From Opitutales bacterium (GTDB taxonomy: Bacteria; Verrucomicrobiota; Verrucomicrobiia; Opitutales; PNEW01): a stretch of 64,000 nt of DNA. The notes under the pieces were generated by a model. That model was not told where the DNA came from. It did no database searches and saw only the letters and a program-made list of their open reading frames with translations. A program made the position numbers and the translations under genes. Of this stretch, positions 20,662-33,812 are shown piece by piece. The DNA lies in NCBI GenBank assembly GCA_965197745.1, contig CBDANS010000006.1, forward strand, positions 1,312,001 to 1,376,000, read 5' to 3'. The first letter of the stretch is position 1. Every line of letters starts with the position of its first letter.

Positions 20662-22626
20662 GTGAGTAATGTTATTGGCATAGATTTAGGAACCACAAAT
20701 TCATGTGTGGCTGTAATGGAGGGTGGCGAACCTGTTGTCATTCCCAATTCGGAGGGTGCGCGGACTACCCCCTCGGTAGTCGCATTCTCTAAGAAAGGTG
20801 AGAGACTGGTAGGACAGGCGGCGAAACGGCAGGCTGTTACCAATCCACAGAACACGATTTTCTCCTCCAAGAGGCTGATTGGACGCAAGTTCGATGAAGT
20901 GAGTGAAGAGGCGAAACATTTCCCCTTCAATATTATAAAAGGAAAAAATGACGATGCCTGGATTGAATGTGATGTCGGCGGAAAAACGGAAAAATTCTCT
21001 CCCGCTCAATTATCCTCCATGGTACTGGCAAAATTAAAAGCGGATGCCGAGGCTTATTTGGGGTCAAAAGTTACGGAGGCAGTCATTACTGTTCCGGCTT
21101 ACTTCAATGATTCTCAACGTCAGGCCACTAAAGATGCAGGGACGATAGCGGGATTAGATGTATTGCGCATTATCAACGAACCTACGGCAGCATCTCTCGC
21201 CTACGGTCTTGATAAGAAAAATGAGGAGACAATTGCCGTATTCGACCTTGGTGGAGGGACCTATGACATATCGATTCTGGATATCGGGGATGGTGTCTTT
21301 GAAGTAAAAGCCACCAATGGAGATACGCACCTGGGCGGTGATAATTGGGATGCTGTGATTATTGACTGGCTGGCCGATGCATTTAAACAGGAAAATGGCA
21401 TCGATCTGAAAAGTGATCCCATGGCTTTGCAGCGTCTTAAAGAAGAAGCGGAAAAAGCGAAAATTGCCCTCTCTTCAGCTCAAATTACAGATATTAATTT
21501 ACCCTTTATTACCGCCGATGCGACCGGCCCCAAGCATTTGAATGTAACCTTGGAGCGCTCTAAATTTGAACAACTATGCGACTCCCATAACCAGCGGACA
21601 ATCGCGCCTTTTGAAGCCTGTTTAAAAGATGCCGGTTATACCGCCGGCAATATCGGTAATCTCGTTCTTGTTGGCGGTATGACGCGTTTACCTAAAATAA
21701 TGGATATTGCGCACGAGCTCGCAGGTAAAGAACCGCATAAAGGTGTTAATCCGGACGAGGTGGTAGCTGTTGGAGCGGCAATTCAGGGTGCGGTGTTATC
21801 GGGCGATGCGCGCGATGTTCTCCTCCTCGACGTCACTCCCCTGACGCTCAGTATCGAGACTGCTGGCGGGATTGCAACGGCGATGATCGAACGCAATACC
21901 ACCATTCCCACAAAAAAATCACAGGTCTTTTCCACCTATGGCGATAATCAACCCAGTGTAGATATTCGTGTCCTCCAGGGGGAGCGCTCTAAAGCAGAGG
22001 ATAATAAACAATTGGGAAATTTCCGTTTAGATGGAATTCCTCCCGCCCCTCGCGGAGTTCCTCAAATTGAAGTAACCTTCGATATCGATGCAAATGGAAT
22101 TCTCCATGTTACGGCAAAAGATCTGGGTACGGGACGCGATCAGAAAATTTCGATCACCGGTTCGTCCGGTCTCGACAAGGACGAGATCGAAAAAATGCGT
22201 AGAGACGCCGAATCTCATGCCGAGGAAGATAGCAAATTTAAAGAGGCGGCCGAAATACGCAACCAGTTGGATTCATTGATATATCAGAATGAAAAACTGA
22301 TCAATGAACATGGTGATAAGATTCCCGAGGATAAAAAGGGAGTAGTTGATGGTTTGATTGCCGATGCTAAGAAGGAACTTGAGTCCAATGATGTCGACAG
22401 GATGAAAGCGGCTATGGAAAAGCTGACCAGCGACCCCACGATCCAGGAAGTCGTTTCAGCGATGTATGCTCAACAGCAAGAGGCGGGAGCGACAGCTGAT
22501 GGGGCTCAGGAGGAAGCGGCCCATTCTGCCGGTGAGGGAGAATCTTCCGCGTCCGATAAAAAAGATGATGATGATTCCGTAGTCGATGCCGACTTTGAAG
22601 TCGTCGATGATGAAAAGGGAAAATAA
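20662..22626 (+). CDS. dnaK: Chaperone DnaK (Hsp70)
   Basis: Motifs [41 protein letters not shown]. Confidence 0.98.
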   Translation: MSNVIGIDLGTTNSCVAVMEGGEPVVIPNSEGARTTPSVVAFSKKGERLVGQAAKRQAVTNPQNTIFSSKRLIGRKFDEVSEEAKHFPFNIIKGKNDDAWIECDVGGKTEKFSPAQLSSMVLAKLKADAEAYLGSKVTEAVITVPAYFNDSQRQATKDAGTIAGLDVLRIINEPTAASLAYGLDKKNEETIAVFDLGGGTYDISILDIGDGVFEVKATNGDTHLGGDNWDAVIIDWLADAFKQENGIDLKSDPMALQRLKEEAEKAKIALSSAQITDINLPFITADATGPKHLNVTLERSKFEQLCDSHNQRTIAPFEACLKDAGYTAGNIGNLVLVGGMTRLPKIMDIAHELAGKEPHKGVNPDEVVAVGAAIQGAVLSGDARDVLLLDVTPLTLSIETAGGIATAMIERNTTIPTKKSQVFSTYGDNQPSVDIRVLQGERSKAEDNKQLGNFRLDGIPPAPRGVPQIEVTFDIDANGILHVTAKDLGTGRDQKISITGSSGLDKDEIEKMRRDAESHAEEDSKFKEAAEIRNQLDSLIYQNEKLINEHGDKIPEDKKGVVDGLIADAKKELESNDVDRMKAAMEKLTSDPTIQEVVSAMYAQQQEAGATADGAQEEAAHSAGEGESSASDKKDDDDSVVDADFEVVDDEKGK

Positions 22627-22724
22627 ATTTTTTAGATAATAGATAAAACCCTGAACGTGAAATTTATTATCTAACGAAGTGTAAAAACAAGAATTAATCT
22701 ATAACCAAAAAATAACATTAATCT

Positions 22725-23018
22725 ATGAAAACAAAAATAAAACCTCTAGGAGATCGCGTCTTAGTACAGGCGGTCGAAGAGTCAGAACAAGTAAAAGGCG
22801 GTATCATCATACCCGATACGGCTAAGGAAAAGCCCCAAGAAGCAAAAATTGTTGCCCTTGGCACGGGTAAGACTGATGACTCCGGAAAAAAAATTAAATT
22901 CGAAGTCAAGGTTGGGGACATGGTTATTGTCAGCAAATACGGCGGCACTGAAGTAAAACTCAATGGAGATACTTACTCCTTGCTGCGTGAAGACGATATC
23001 CTGGGGATTGTCGGTTAA
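22725..23018 (+). CDS. groES: Co-chaperonin GroES
   Basis: [23 protein letters not shown]. Confidence 0.97.
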   Translation: MKTKIKPLGDRVLVQAVEESEQVKGGIIIPDTAKEKPQEAKIVALGTGKTDDSGKKIKFEVKVGDMVIVSKYGGTEVKLNGDTYSLLREDDILGIVG

Positions 23019-23042
23019 CACAAAATATAAATATTTATTTAA

Positions 23043-24701
<1,659 letters not shown>

Positions 24702-24740
24702 TGGCCCCGTCCTTCCTTTAAAATATTAAACTTCATTAAC

Positions 24741-24774
24741 AAAAAAGGCGCCCTCAATTCGGGGGCGCCTTTTT
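24741..24774. terminator. Bidirectional rho-independent terminator between groEL and metF
   Basis: AAAAAAGGCGCCCTC-AATTC-GGGGGCGCCTTTTT. Confidence 0.85.
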
Positions 24775-24885
24775 ATTTGGCGATTTCAGATGGATGAAAA
24801 AGGGAATGTGTTGTCTCTGCCCATGATTAATAATTGCGTGCTGGGACAGCCCGCTCTTCCTTCACTTATACCCGTTTAATTACAA

Positions 24886-25803
24886 TTATGTATTTTCGCT
24901 CACCCCTCTCAAAACTACGCTCTCTGCGCTAAACCTTTGAATAATTTCCAAGGCCCCACGGGGACGATTTAAACAGTAAAGGTGAAATCCTGGAGCACCT
25001 CTTTCAAGCAATTCGCGGATCTGCTGATAGGCCCATTCAATGCCCGTGGATTCTGCAGCTTCCCCTTCTCCTCCCGCAGCTATTAATTTTTTTTCAAGTT
25101 GGGGGTCAAGGCTGGTTCCACACATTTTACAAAAGAAGAGAATTTTCGATAGGGAATGGACGGGGAGTATACCCGGCATAATCGGTACCGTAATCCCTGC
25201 CGCGCGACAGCGCTCTACAAATAAAAAATAATCAGCATTGTTGAAAAATAACTGGGTAGTGATGAAGGAAGCTCCCTGTTCGACCTTATGCTTCAAATTA
25301 TTTATGTCCGCATCCAGTGATTGAGCACCGCTGTGGGTCTCCGGATATCCCGCGACTCCAAGACAAAAATGAGGAAAGTGCTCGTGAATATAGGCGACAA
25401 GATCAGAAGCGTAGCGCAACCCGTCGGGGTGTGGTTTAAAGTTTACCTCTCCACGCGGCGGGTCACCACGTAAGGTCATGATATTGTTAATTCGTGCCTG
25501 GGTAAAATTACTGAGTATTTCATGAATCTCTTTCCTCGACTGTCCCACACAGGTCAGGTGGGGCATCACCTCAAAGCCTATCGCGTCTTTTAATAAATAG
25601 GCGTATTTAATAGTGCGCTCCCGGGTGCTGCCTCCTGCGCCGTATGTGATGGTGACAAAATCGGGTCGATAAATGGAGTGAAGTTCTCGCGCGTTTTTTA
25701 AAAATCGGATGCCTGATTTTTCCGTCTTGGGAGGGAAAAATTCGATCGACAGGACCTGCTCCTTATGAGCTAAGGCCTCCGCGTAATACCGGTACCTATT
25801 CAT
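24886..25803 (-). CDS. metF: Methylenetetrahydrofolate reductase
   Basis: Motifs SIEFFPPKT, VTITYGAGGSTR, PHLTCV, LRGDPP, AGYPETH, ITTQLFF. Confidence 0.93.
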   Translation of the reverse strand: MNRYRYYAEALAHKEQVLSIEFFPPKTEKSGIRFLKNARELHSIYRPDFVTITYGAGGSTRERTIKYAYLLKDAIGFEVMPHLTCVGQSRKEIHEILSNFTQARINNIMTLRGDPPRGEVNFKPHPDGLRYASDLVAYIHEHFPHFCLGVAGYPETHSGAQSLDADINNLKHKVEQGASFITTQLFFNNADYFLFVERCRAAGITVPIMPGILPVHSLSKILFFCKMCGTSLDPQLEKKLIAAGGEGEAAESTGIEWAYQQIRELLERGAPGFHLYCLNRPRGALEIIQRFSAESVVLRGVSENT

Positions 25804-26036
25804 AACGTATCATAATATAGGGATATAATGATATGTAAAGTGTCGAATTCCTGTCTCCATAAGAAGGGCGAGACGATGGTAAAAGCAGATACAGCCGGGG
25901 CGTGAAATCTATATAGCGAGGAAGAAATTGTCTTTGACCCTGCGGGAAGGCAGTCGTATTGAAACCCGTATAAGAATCAATGGGGCAACTAAGATGCATC
26001 ATAGGTATCTTAAGAGAACAGGGAGAATTTTAATAG

Positions 26037-27497
26037 ATGGAACGCAAACATACCATACTAATAGTCGATGACGATGAAGGAACGCGTAATCAATTAAAGT
26101 TACTCTTTGAAGATGAGGACTATGAGATTCTCTATGCTAAAGATGGCCATAATGGCTTAGTAATCGCGGAAACAGCGGCCCTTGATCTGATATTATTAGA
26201 TATCGTGTTACCGGGCTTTGACGGGTATGAGGTCTGCCGGCGGATACGCGCTAACCCTCGATTATCACAGATTCCCGTTTTAATGATGACAGGATATGAC
26301 CTGGAGACCTCTGCGGTTAAAGGGTTGGAAGTGGGGGCTGATGACGTCATCACTAAGCCCTTTAAAGTGATGGAGGTAAAGTTGAGAGTGCGGACCATTT
26401 TGCGACTCAACCGTTTCCGAACCTTACAAAGCGAACGCTCTAGATTTACCTGGATTGTAGAGCACTCAAGCGATGGTTATGTCGCCCTGAATTCTCAAGG
26501 AATCATTACTTATCTTAATCCTGTGGCCAGCCAGTTACTCGATATAGAGTTAGTTGAGAATGAAGAAGATAAAATCCCTTTCCTGCAGCGCGTGCAAAAA
26601 AATTACCAATTGGTCACGCCTCAAATATGGGATAAATGGCCCGAATTAAATGAAAAGGCATTCCTCGTCCGGCCCGAATCTGAGCAGGTTTCCGCCCACT
26701 GGTTGAGAGTCGACAAATTTGACATGGAGTCATCTGATCCGGGTAGCTGTGTGCTTCGATTACAGGATGAATCGAATAAAATGAGAATGCAGCAAAACAT
26801 GTGGACCTTTGAAAACCTGGTGGCATACAAGCTTCAAACCCCTTTGAACGGTATCCTCTCAAAAATAGAAAAGCTGTGTAAGCGTGTGGACAAAGGTGCT
26901 TCAAAGGAGGAGAGAGAACTATGAAATGAGGCATTGGAATCAGCCGCGCATTTGTCCGACACAATTGGTGGAATGCTCAGTTATTTGCAACCGTCTAAGC
27001 AAAACAGAACCCCGCTCTTAAAGGCGGGAAAAATGATTACTCATATTGCCGCACTCATCGAGGATGAACTGCAACTCAGTCCCATAGAGATCGAGATTGA
27101 TAAAAAAACAAAAGATTTATCGCTCACCATATCTATCGAACATCTTTTCATGGTATTACTTGAAATCTGTTATAATAGCGTCAAATTCCACCCGACTGCA
27201 AAACCGCAATTGATTATTAAACTGAGCGCAGATACTAATAATCAACTGAGACTGTCTATCCTCGACCATGGGAGGCATGTAGCAGATGAGGCGCTTAAAA
27301 TGCTCATCAGCCCCTATTATCAGGATGAGCGAGACGTCTCCGGAGATATCCCCGGCATGGAACTGGGGCTTTCACGTGTCGTTTCTTTGATATCCACTTA
27401 TGGAGGCAGCTGCGAAGTGCAAAACCGTGAAGATCAAACCGGCCTGTGCGTTCGTCTCGACTTGCCTGCTTTAATAAAAAATGATCGTGGAAATTAA
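26037..27497 (+). pseudogene. Hybrid response regulator-PAS-histidine kinase interrupted by one in-frame TGA (26922-26924)
   Basis: REC (ILIVDDD..LLDIVLP..TKP), PAS, then H-box-like AYKLQTPLNGI; the HATPase ORF at 26934-27497 continues in the same frame after TGA AAT GAG GCA. Confidence 0.75.
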
Positions 27498-27560
27498 AAA
27501 CAGGTATTGCCGTGAGTAGCAGCATTACCATTAAAATTTTAAAATATTTTTCACTCATTT

Positions 27561-28664
27561 ATGGTCACCGCTTCAATCATTATTCCCTGCTATAACGAAG
27601 GAAGTACCCTGAGTGCTTGTGTTGAGCGTGTTATGGCTATTGCCGATGAGAATTTGGGTTTGGAAATTATTATTGTCGACGATGGGTCAGATGACGGGAG
27701 TCGATCGATAGCCGAGTCGTTAAGCCAGGCGCATAAAAATATAACCACGCTGGTCCATGAAAAAAATCGGGGCAAAGGGGCTGCTCTGCGGACAGGAATT
27801 CAAAAGGCAACGGAGGATATCGTGGCCGTGCAGGATGCCGACTTGGAATACAATCCACAGGACTTGAAAAAAATGATAAGCCTGATAGGAAGCGATAAAG
27901 CGGATGTTGTTATTGGGTCCCGTTTCCTCACCGGCGGCGAGCACCGCGTGCTCTACTTCTGGCATTCGCTAGGCAACAGGGTTCTTACTTTTTTAAGTAA
28001 TATGCTGACCGACATGAATCTTACAGATATGGAAAGTTGCTACAAAGTATTTAAAAGGGATATTATTAAGGATATCGAAATTCGTGAAAATCGTTTCGGT
28101 TTCGAACCGGAAATTATTGCCAAGATAGCAGAGAAACGGCCGCGTATTTACGAAATCGGGATTTCCTATTACGGCCGCACTTATGAAGAAGGGAAAAAAA
28201 TCAACGCCAAAGACGGGATACGGGCCTTGTATTGTATCATCAGATACAATGCCTGTAGCGCGCCGATTCCCTTACAGTTTTTATGCTATATTCCTCTTGT
28301 TCTCGCTGCCTCTCTTGTCGGCCTAGCGGTGTTTTCAATTAGTGCTCATTTGACGAACGGTTTCTATGCAACGACTGCCCCCGCGTTTATCGTCTTTGTC
28401 CTGCTTCAGACCTTTGGCGCCATGCTATTGATTTTTAATGGTCGTGAAAATTGGTCACGCCTTCTGAAAATGGTCACACACACCGTTAATAGTGTAATTA
28501 CTCTGGTCCTGGGATTGACCTTAACCGCGACCTTGAACGGGGGGTTACCTTCCGATCTCAAAACACTGATGGCGGGATTCTTTTTGTCCGCGCTTTGGTA
28601 CTATGTGAGTAATCGCTTTATTATTAGTCCCCGCAGCCCACTTAGCCCCGAACATGTCGATTAA
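27561..28664 (+). CDS. GT2 glycosyltransferase (polyprenol-phosphate type) with C-terminal GtrA-like membrane domain
   Basis: Motifs IIPCYNE, VDDGSDDG, NRGKGAA, QDADLEY, GSRF, RFGFEPE; hydrophobic tail. Confidence 0.85.
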   Translation: MVTASIIIPCYNEGSTLSACVERVMAIADENLGLEIIIVDDGSDDGSRSIAESLSQAHKNITTLVHEKNRGKGAALRTGIQKATEDIVAVQDADLEYNPQDLKKMISLIGSDKADVVIGSRFLTGGEHRVLYFWHSLGNRVLTFLSNMLTDMNLTDMESCYKVFKRDIIKDIEIRENRFGFEPEIIAKIAEKRPRIYEIGISYYGRTYEEGKKINAKDGIRALYCIIRYNACSAPIPLQFLCYIPLVLAASLVGLAVFSISAHLTNGFYATTAPAFIVFVLLQTFGAMLLIFNGRENWSRLLKMVTHTVNSVITLVLGLTLTATLNGGLPSDLKTLMAGFFLSALWYYVSNRFIISPRSPLSPEHVD

Positions 28665-30261
28665 TTTCCGGAAAATTCTGGTCGCGTTGCTTTGGGGTTC
28701 GGCCTTTATATGGGCACTCAGTGAGAATCAGGTGCGGGCCCTGTGGCCAAGTGTCGTTGCCCTGGGGACAGCGCTCCTGTTGCGACGGGTCTTGCTGGGT
28801 CTTTTTGCAGGGGGTTTGGTCGGTGCTATTATCCTGGCCCACGGAAATCCCCTCGAAGCGTTTGTCGCATTTTTCAGAGATCACCTCATTCCCCTGGGGC
28901 AGAGCTCCTGGAAGATCGGAGCTGTTCTCTTTACTTTTATGCTCGGCGGCTTTGCGGCTATCATAGAGAAAAGCGGGGGTCTGCAAAGCCTCGTAAACAA
29001 GTTCCTTTTAAAAGGAGGAGATCCCTCCAAACACGTTATGTGGAGTGGGTTTGGACTGGGGATCATTTGTTTTTTCGACGGTCTGGCTAATAGCATGCTC
29101 GTGGGACGCATGTTGCGTTCACTCGCGGATCGTTGTGGGGTCTCACGCGTCAAGCTGGCTTATCTCGTTGATTCTACCAGTTCGGCCGTCACTTGCCTCG
29201 CCTTCGTCTCTACATGGATCGCTTATCAGCTCGGCATGATTCGCGAAGGCTACGCTCAAATCGGTCTCGAGGAAGAAGCTCAGCCCTATGCGCTTTTTTT
29301 CCGGTCCATTCCCTATAATTTTTATTGCTGGTTCACGATTATCCTCCTCCCCATTGTCATCCATAAAAACTTCAATCCGGGACCTATGAATGAATTCGAG
29401 ATCAAGGCGCGTTCCCGTGCCTTGATCTCACAAGGAGAATTCCAGGATAATGAAACCCACTGGCTGGTCGCGCTGGTACCCGTCGCAGTACTGATAGGCG
29501 GTATTCTCTTTGGGTTCTATTATAGTGGAGCAATAAGTCTCTGGCCGGTGACATTTAGGGGGGTTGCGGACGCCTTTGGAAATGCAGATTACGCTCTGGT
29601 CCTTGTATGCGCCAGTGCCTTTGCCTGTGCTGTTGCCTTTCTCATTTATCCGCGGAGGCCTGATCGCGAGCCACCGTCAAAGGTCTATCTAGCCGGTATG
29701 CAATCGCTCTTTTTTCCCGTGTTGATCCTATTAGGCGCCTGGGTTCTAGGGAGCACCCTTGAAGAGTTGAAGGCTGCTGAGGTGCTTTCATTGCTGCTTT
29801 CCGGGAGGTTACCGCTATTTCTACTCCCCACCGCCGTATTTCTGACCGGGGCCGTGATATCGTTTTCCACAGGGAGTTCGTGGGGGACAATGGGGATTCT
29901 GATGCCGCTTTCTATTCCCGTGACTCTGGCTCTTGCCGACCCGGCAGCCCCGGAATATCAGGCCACGCTTTTAGCGGCCGTTGTCGCTGCCGTTTTCAGC
30001 GGGGCGGTTTTCGGGGACCATTGTTCACCAATTAGTGACACAACAATTGTTGCCTCAATCTCCTGCGAAGTAGAACCGCACGACCATGTCCGCACGCAGA
30101 TGCCCTACGCATTGATATCGGCAGCCTTAGCCGTTGTCATTGGGTTCATTCCCGTTGGATTAGGGATGCCGGTCTGGGTATTATTAATTATTGGGATTTT
30201 GATGCTCTGGGTTCTTCCTGAAGTGTTGATACGCATAAAAACGGCTAAAAGCACCAATTAA
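28654..30261 (+). CDS. Na+/H+ antiporter NhaC family membrane protein
   Basis: Motifs SRVKLAYLVDSTS, FSTGSSWGTMGI, GAVFGDHCSPISDTT, HVRTQMPYA. Confidence 0.85.
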   Translation: MSINFRKILVALLWGSAFIWALSENQVRALWPSVVALGTALLLRRVLLGLFAGGLVGAIILAHGNPLEAFVAFFRDHLIPLGQSSWKIGAVLFTFMLGGFAAIIEKSGGLQSLVNKFLLKGGDPSKHVMWSGFGLGIICFFDGLANSMLVGRMLRSLADRCGVSRVKLAYLVDSTSSAVTCLAFVSTWIAYQLGMIREGYAQIGLEEEAQPYALFFRSIPYNFYCWFTIILLPIVIHKNFNPGPMNEFEIKARSRALISQGEFQDNETHWLVALVPVAVLIGGILFGFYYSGAISLWPVTFRGVADAFGNADYALVLVCASAFACAVAFLIYPRRPDREPPSKVYLAGMQSLFFPVLILLGAWVLGSTLEELKAAEVLSLLLSGRLPLFLLPTAVFLTGAVISFSTGSSWGTMGILMPLSIPVTLALADPAAPEYQATLLAAVVAAVFSGAVFGDHCSPISDTTIVASISCEVEPHDHVRTQMPYALISAALAVVIGFIPVGLGMPVWVLLIIGILMLWVLPEVLIRIKTAKSTN

Positions 30262-30507
30262 TGGGTATTAATATGGGAAAGAGTGGATTTCAAGGGAGTG
30301 GGAATGATTAAAATGATAATTATCTTGATAAATCCAATGAGCATTGCTGCACTGTTGACCCGCAAATTAAATGGAATGCAAGTGATTATCTATACCTGAT
30401 ATGCGTCATCCTGATCCATTCACGCCCAGACGACAATTAAGGGTGTGAGCAGGTGACGTTCTATAGCTGGATGATAATCAATATTTATATATATTAACAA
30501 ATTCACT

Positions 30508-30912
30508 ATGAGCAGGCATCGCCAACTGGCAACTGAAGATGATTCGATTAAAATGAACATCTCCCCATTGATCGATATGGTATTTATCCTATTGATTTTC
30601 TTTATTGTGACGACGGTATTTGTCGAAGAGGAGGGATTGGATGTGAATAAACCGGAACCCTCGGCGGAGGCCACCACCCTGGAAAGTAATACCATCATTT
30701 TCAAGATAATGAACAGTGGACAGATTTATTATAGTGGAATTGAAATTGGCATTAATGCCGTTCGTGCTAAAGTTCGCGAACTGAGTCGTCAGGAAGTTTT
30801 GCCGGTTATTATTGAAGTAGAGAACAGTGCTCCTTCCGCAATCATGGTTCGTGTTATGGACGAATCGAAGCTGGCGGGAGCTGAAGCCATCAGTATAAAA
30901 GCTAGCGAATAG
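30508..30912 (+). CDS. exbD: Biopolymer transport protein ExbD/TolR
   Basis: NISPLIDMVFILLIFFIVTT. Confidence 0.85.
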   Translation: MSRHRQLATEDDSIKMNISPLIDMVFILLIFFIVTTVFVEEEGLDVNKPEPSAEATTLESNTIIFKIMNSGQIYYSGIEIGINAVRAKVRELSRQEVLPVIIEVENSAPSAIMVRVMDESKLAGAEAISIKASE

Positions 30913-31156
30913 CAAACGTTAGCAAAGCTGGCTGGTTCGAGTTAGCCTTTCATAACAGCGTCAAGAAAAATGACGCGTGGCTTCACAAAGTAACTATCCT
31001 TTTCTCTGCGTAGAAATCCGAGATCATAACAGACACTACATTCTTTAAATATTATACATTCCCCAAAACCGGGATACGCTTTAATACCCGGTATGAATCT
31101 TCTGGAATTCACAATTGAAATTAGTATAAGCTCATACTTTTCTCTCTATCAAAACG

Positions 31157-32305
31157 ATGACTGACACGCAGACAGTATCTGCTCCGGATAATCCACCAGA
31201 GGACATTGGTCTGGTGAATTACGAGGATTTTATAAGTAGCGAGCTGTTCACTTTTGAAAACGGTGGATCTATTCCGCAATTAACCCTGCGTTATGAAACA
31301 TACGGAAACCTTAATGATGAGAAAAATAATGCTGTTCTCATTTGTCACCCTATAAGTGGCGACCATCATTGCGCGGGGTTTCACTCGGCCGTCGATCGTA
31401 AAACGGGGTGGTGGAACAATATGATCGGTCCGGGCAAAGCAATAGACACCAATCATTTCTTTGTTATATGCAGTAACTGTCTGGGCGGCTGCCAGGGATC
31501 AACCGGCCCAAGCTCTACCAATCCGGAAACAGGAAAACCCTACGGATTAGGATTTCCATCATTGACCATACGCGATATGGTGCGCGCGCAAAAACTCCTT
31601 ATTGATTATCTCGAGGTGAATGAACTCTATTGTGTTGTTGGGGGTTCCATGGGGGGTATGCAGGTAATGCAGTGGGCTATCGAATTTCCAGAGATGGTGA
31701 ACCGTATCCTCTCCCTTGCTTCTGCCGCGCGTCAAAGCGCTCAGGCTATAGCATTCAACGAAGTAGGCCGTTGCGCTATTGTCCAGGACCCGGGTTGGAA
31801 TGAGGGCAACTATGCACCCGGTCAAGGCCCCAATGTCGGGCTTTCTGTTGCCCGGATGATGGCGCACATTACCTATCTTTCAGATAAAGGGATGGAATTA
31901 AAATTCGGGCGGAGCCGGCGTAGCGATTCCGAGGGACATCACCTCACTAAAGTAGAGTTTGAAGTCGAGAGTTATCTGCGCCATCAAGGTCAATCCTTCA
32001 TCAACCGTTTTGATGCCAATACCTACCTCTATTTCAGCAAAGCGGTCGATCGCTTTGACTTGCACGGTGAAACCGGAAATCTTGAAGATGTATTATCTTC
32101 TGTACAGGCGCGTGCCCTGATCATTGGTTTTACCAGCGACTGGCTTTATACCCCTCAACAGAATCAGGAAATTGTCATCGCTCTCCTTCGCAGCGGTAAG
32201 AATGCCAGCTATGCGGAAGTAAGTATGGACCTAGGTCATGATTCATTTCTCATTGATGCCCCGGAACTCTATGACTTAGTTCGCGCTTATCTTAATAACA
32301 GATAA
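31157..32305 (+). CDS. metX: Homoserine O-acetyltransferase
   Basis: Motifs LRYETYG, GWWNNMIGPGKAIDT, GGSMGGMQ, FDANTY, GHDSFL. Confidence 0.93.
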   Translation: MTDTQTVSAPDNPPEDIGLVNYEDFISSELFTFENGGSIPQLTLRYETYGNLNDEKNNAVLICHPISGDHHCAGFHSAVDRKTGWWNNMIGPGKAIDTNHFFVICSNCLGGCQGSTGPSSTNPETGKPYGLGFPSLTIRDMVRAQKLLIDYLEVNELYCVVGGSMGGMQVMQWAIEFPEMVNRILSLASAARQSAQAIAFNEVGRCAIVQDPGWNEGNYAPGQGPNVGLSVARMMAHITYLSDKGMELKFGRSRRSDSEGHHLTKVEFEVESYLRHQGQSFINRFDANTYLYFSKAVDRFDLHGETGNLEDVLSSVQARALIIGFTSDWLYTPQQNQEIVIALLRSGKNASYAEVSMDLGHDSFLIDAPELYDLVRAYLNNR

Positions 32306-32913
32306 TGGTCACAAGAAACTTAACCCGACGCCAGGTTGACCTGGAAATAATTGCCGAGTGGGTCGCGCCGAAAAGCCGCGTCCTCGATCTCGGTTGCGGC
32401 CGCGGGGTGCTTTTAAAAAATCTTAGTGACGAAAAGTCGATATATGGGGTAGGAGTGGATACTGATTCGAAAAAGATTACCGGCTGCATTAAACGCGGGG
32501 TTAACGCCTACCAGGGTAATATTGAAAGTATCCTGGACGAATTTCCCGATAACAATTTCGACATGGTAATCTGTTCCCGCACCGTGCAGGAACTGACACA
32601 ACCTGCGAATATTATTTTTGAAGCCTTACGCGTGGGCCGTGTATTAGCGGTTGGATTTGTAAATTATGGGTACTGGATCAACCGCTTAAGCCTTATTTTA
32701 AGAGGTAATCGTATCGTCAATGAAGTTTACCCTGAGCGCTGGTTCGAAAGTAGTCCTGAAAATCCAGTAACTGTAAAGGAATTTGAATATTTTTGTAAGC
32801 AACACCAGATAGCGATCAAACGGCGTGTCTACCTCGCGGGCAACTGGAATAAACAGATCTCTATTGCCCCCAATCTATTCGCCGGGTACGCGCTATATGA
32901 AATTGCGCGGTAA
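32305..32913 (+). CDS. metW: Methionine biosynthesis protein MetW (SAM-binding fold)
   Basis: SRVLDLGCGRG; start overlaps the metX stop. Confidence 0.85.
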   Translation: MVTRNLTRRQVDLEIIAEWVAPKSRVLDLGCGRGVLLKNLSDEKSIYGVGVDTDSKKITGCIKRGVNAYQGNIESILDEFPDNNFDMVICSRTVQELTQPANIIFEALRVGRVLAVGFVNYGYWINRLSLILRGNRIVNEVYPERWFESSPENPVTVKEFEYFCKQHQIAIKRRVYLAGNWNKQISIAPNLFAGYALYEIAR

Positions 32914-32985
32914 ACCGGAACCTGACTGTTGATCCGCCGTCGCAGGACTATGGGGAGTTTTATTGCTGAATGTATTTAGTAATTT

Positions 32986-33075
32986 CACCGCTGAGGCGCA
33001 GAGTATTAAGTTTTAAAATCAAGAATAAGAAACCTTAAATTAAATTCTCAGCGGCCTCTGCTTCTCTGCGTTGAA
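32986..33075. repeat. ACCGCWGAG-family palindromic intergenic element
   Basis: CACCGCTGAGGCGCAGAG..AAACCTTAAATTAAA..CTCAGCGGCCTCTGC; homologs near 43871, 49891, 53920, 54023, 54565, 54735 and 60389. Confidence 0.75.
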
Positions 33076-33173
33076 TCGCTTCAATCCACAATCGTCCGGG
33101 GGACGAAGTCCGACATCTTCCAAATTCCATTTCCCATATACGCATCTCCGCATTCGCGCATATACATATTCCT

Positions 33174-33812
33174 CTACCCGACTAAAAGTAGCATTAAAGA
33201 ATAAAAGATATTGGCGGCAGTGTAGATAGCTGCACCGAAAACCTGGCGAAAAGCGGGAATATTGATAAGAACTATAAGGATAAGAAATCCCCAGCGCGCA
33301 TAATTGAGATAGGTTTCATCACGCATTTTTACAGCGTGTTTCAATAGATGCGATCCATCGAGGGGAGGAATGGGAATCATATTAAAAATAATAAGGACGC
33401 AATTAAGCAGAATGACCTGGCCTAACAGACTGGCGATCGCGGGCATAAAATTTAACACTACACCGCCGATAAAAACCATGAGCAGGCAGATAACCACATT
33501 GGAAGCTGGGCCGGCCATGCTCACGAGAATATCATCACGCACGCGATGGCGAAAATTGAGAGGATTAACCATCACCGGTTTCCCCCATCCTATTATAGCA
33601 AAACCGGGTGAAAATAATATCATGAACAGGGGAATAAGAACCGTGCCGACTGGGTCGATGTGAGCAACGGGATTAAAAGTCACGCGTCCCTGCGACCGCG
33701 GGGTGTTATCGCCCAACTTATCGGCGACAATAGCATGTGCCCATTCATGCACGCTAAGGCTTGCTAATAAGATTAAATAAAGGACGAGGCCCTGTTGGTA
33801 ATCAATATCCAT
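33174..33812 (-). CDS. Site-2 protease (M50) family
   Basis: Motifs HEWAH, AGPASN, FNMIPIPPLDG. Confidence 0.92.
   Translation of the reverse strand: MDIDYQQGLVLYLILLASLSVHEWAHAIVADKLGDNTPRSQGRVTFNPVAHIDPVGTVLIPLFMILFSPGFAIIGWGKPVMVNPLNFRHRVRDDILVSMAGPASNVVICLLMVFIGGVVLNFMPAIASLLGQVILLNCVLIIFNMIPIPPLDGSHLLKHAVKMRDETYLNYARWGFLILIVLINIPAFRQVFGAAIYTAANIFYSLMLLLVG

Noticed and set aside
26922..26924. Selenocysteine or genetic-code reassignment of TGA
   Set aside because: TGA terminates many intact genes in the window, and the position is not a catalytic Cys site.
30913..31156. SAM riboswitch upstream of metX (also checked upstream of metF)
   Set aside because: No recognisable SAM-I core or terminator architecture by eye; an Rfam scan would be needed to exclude it.
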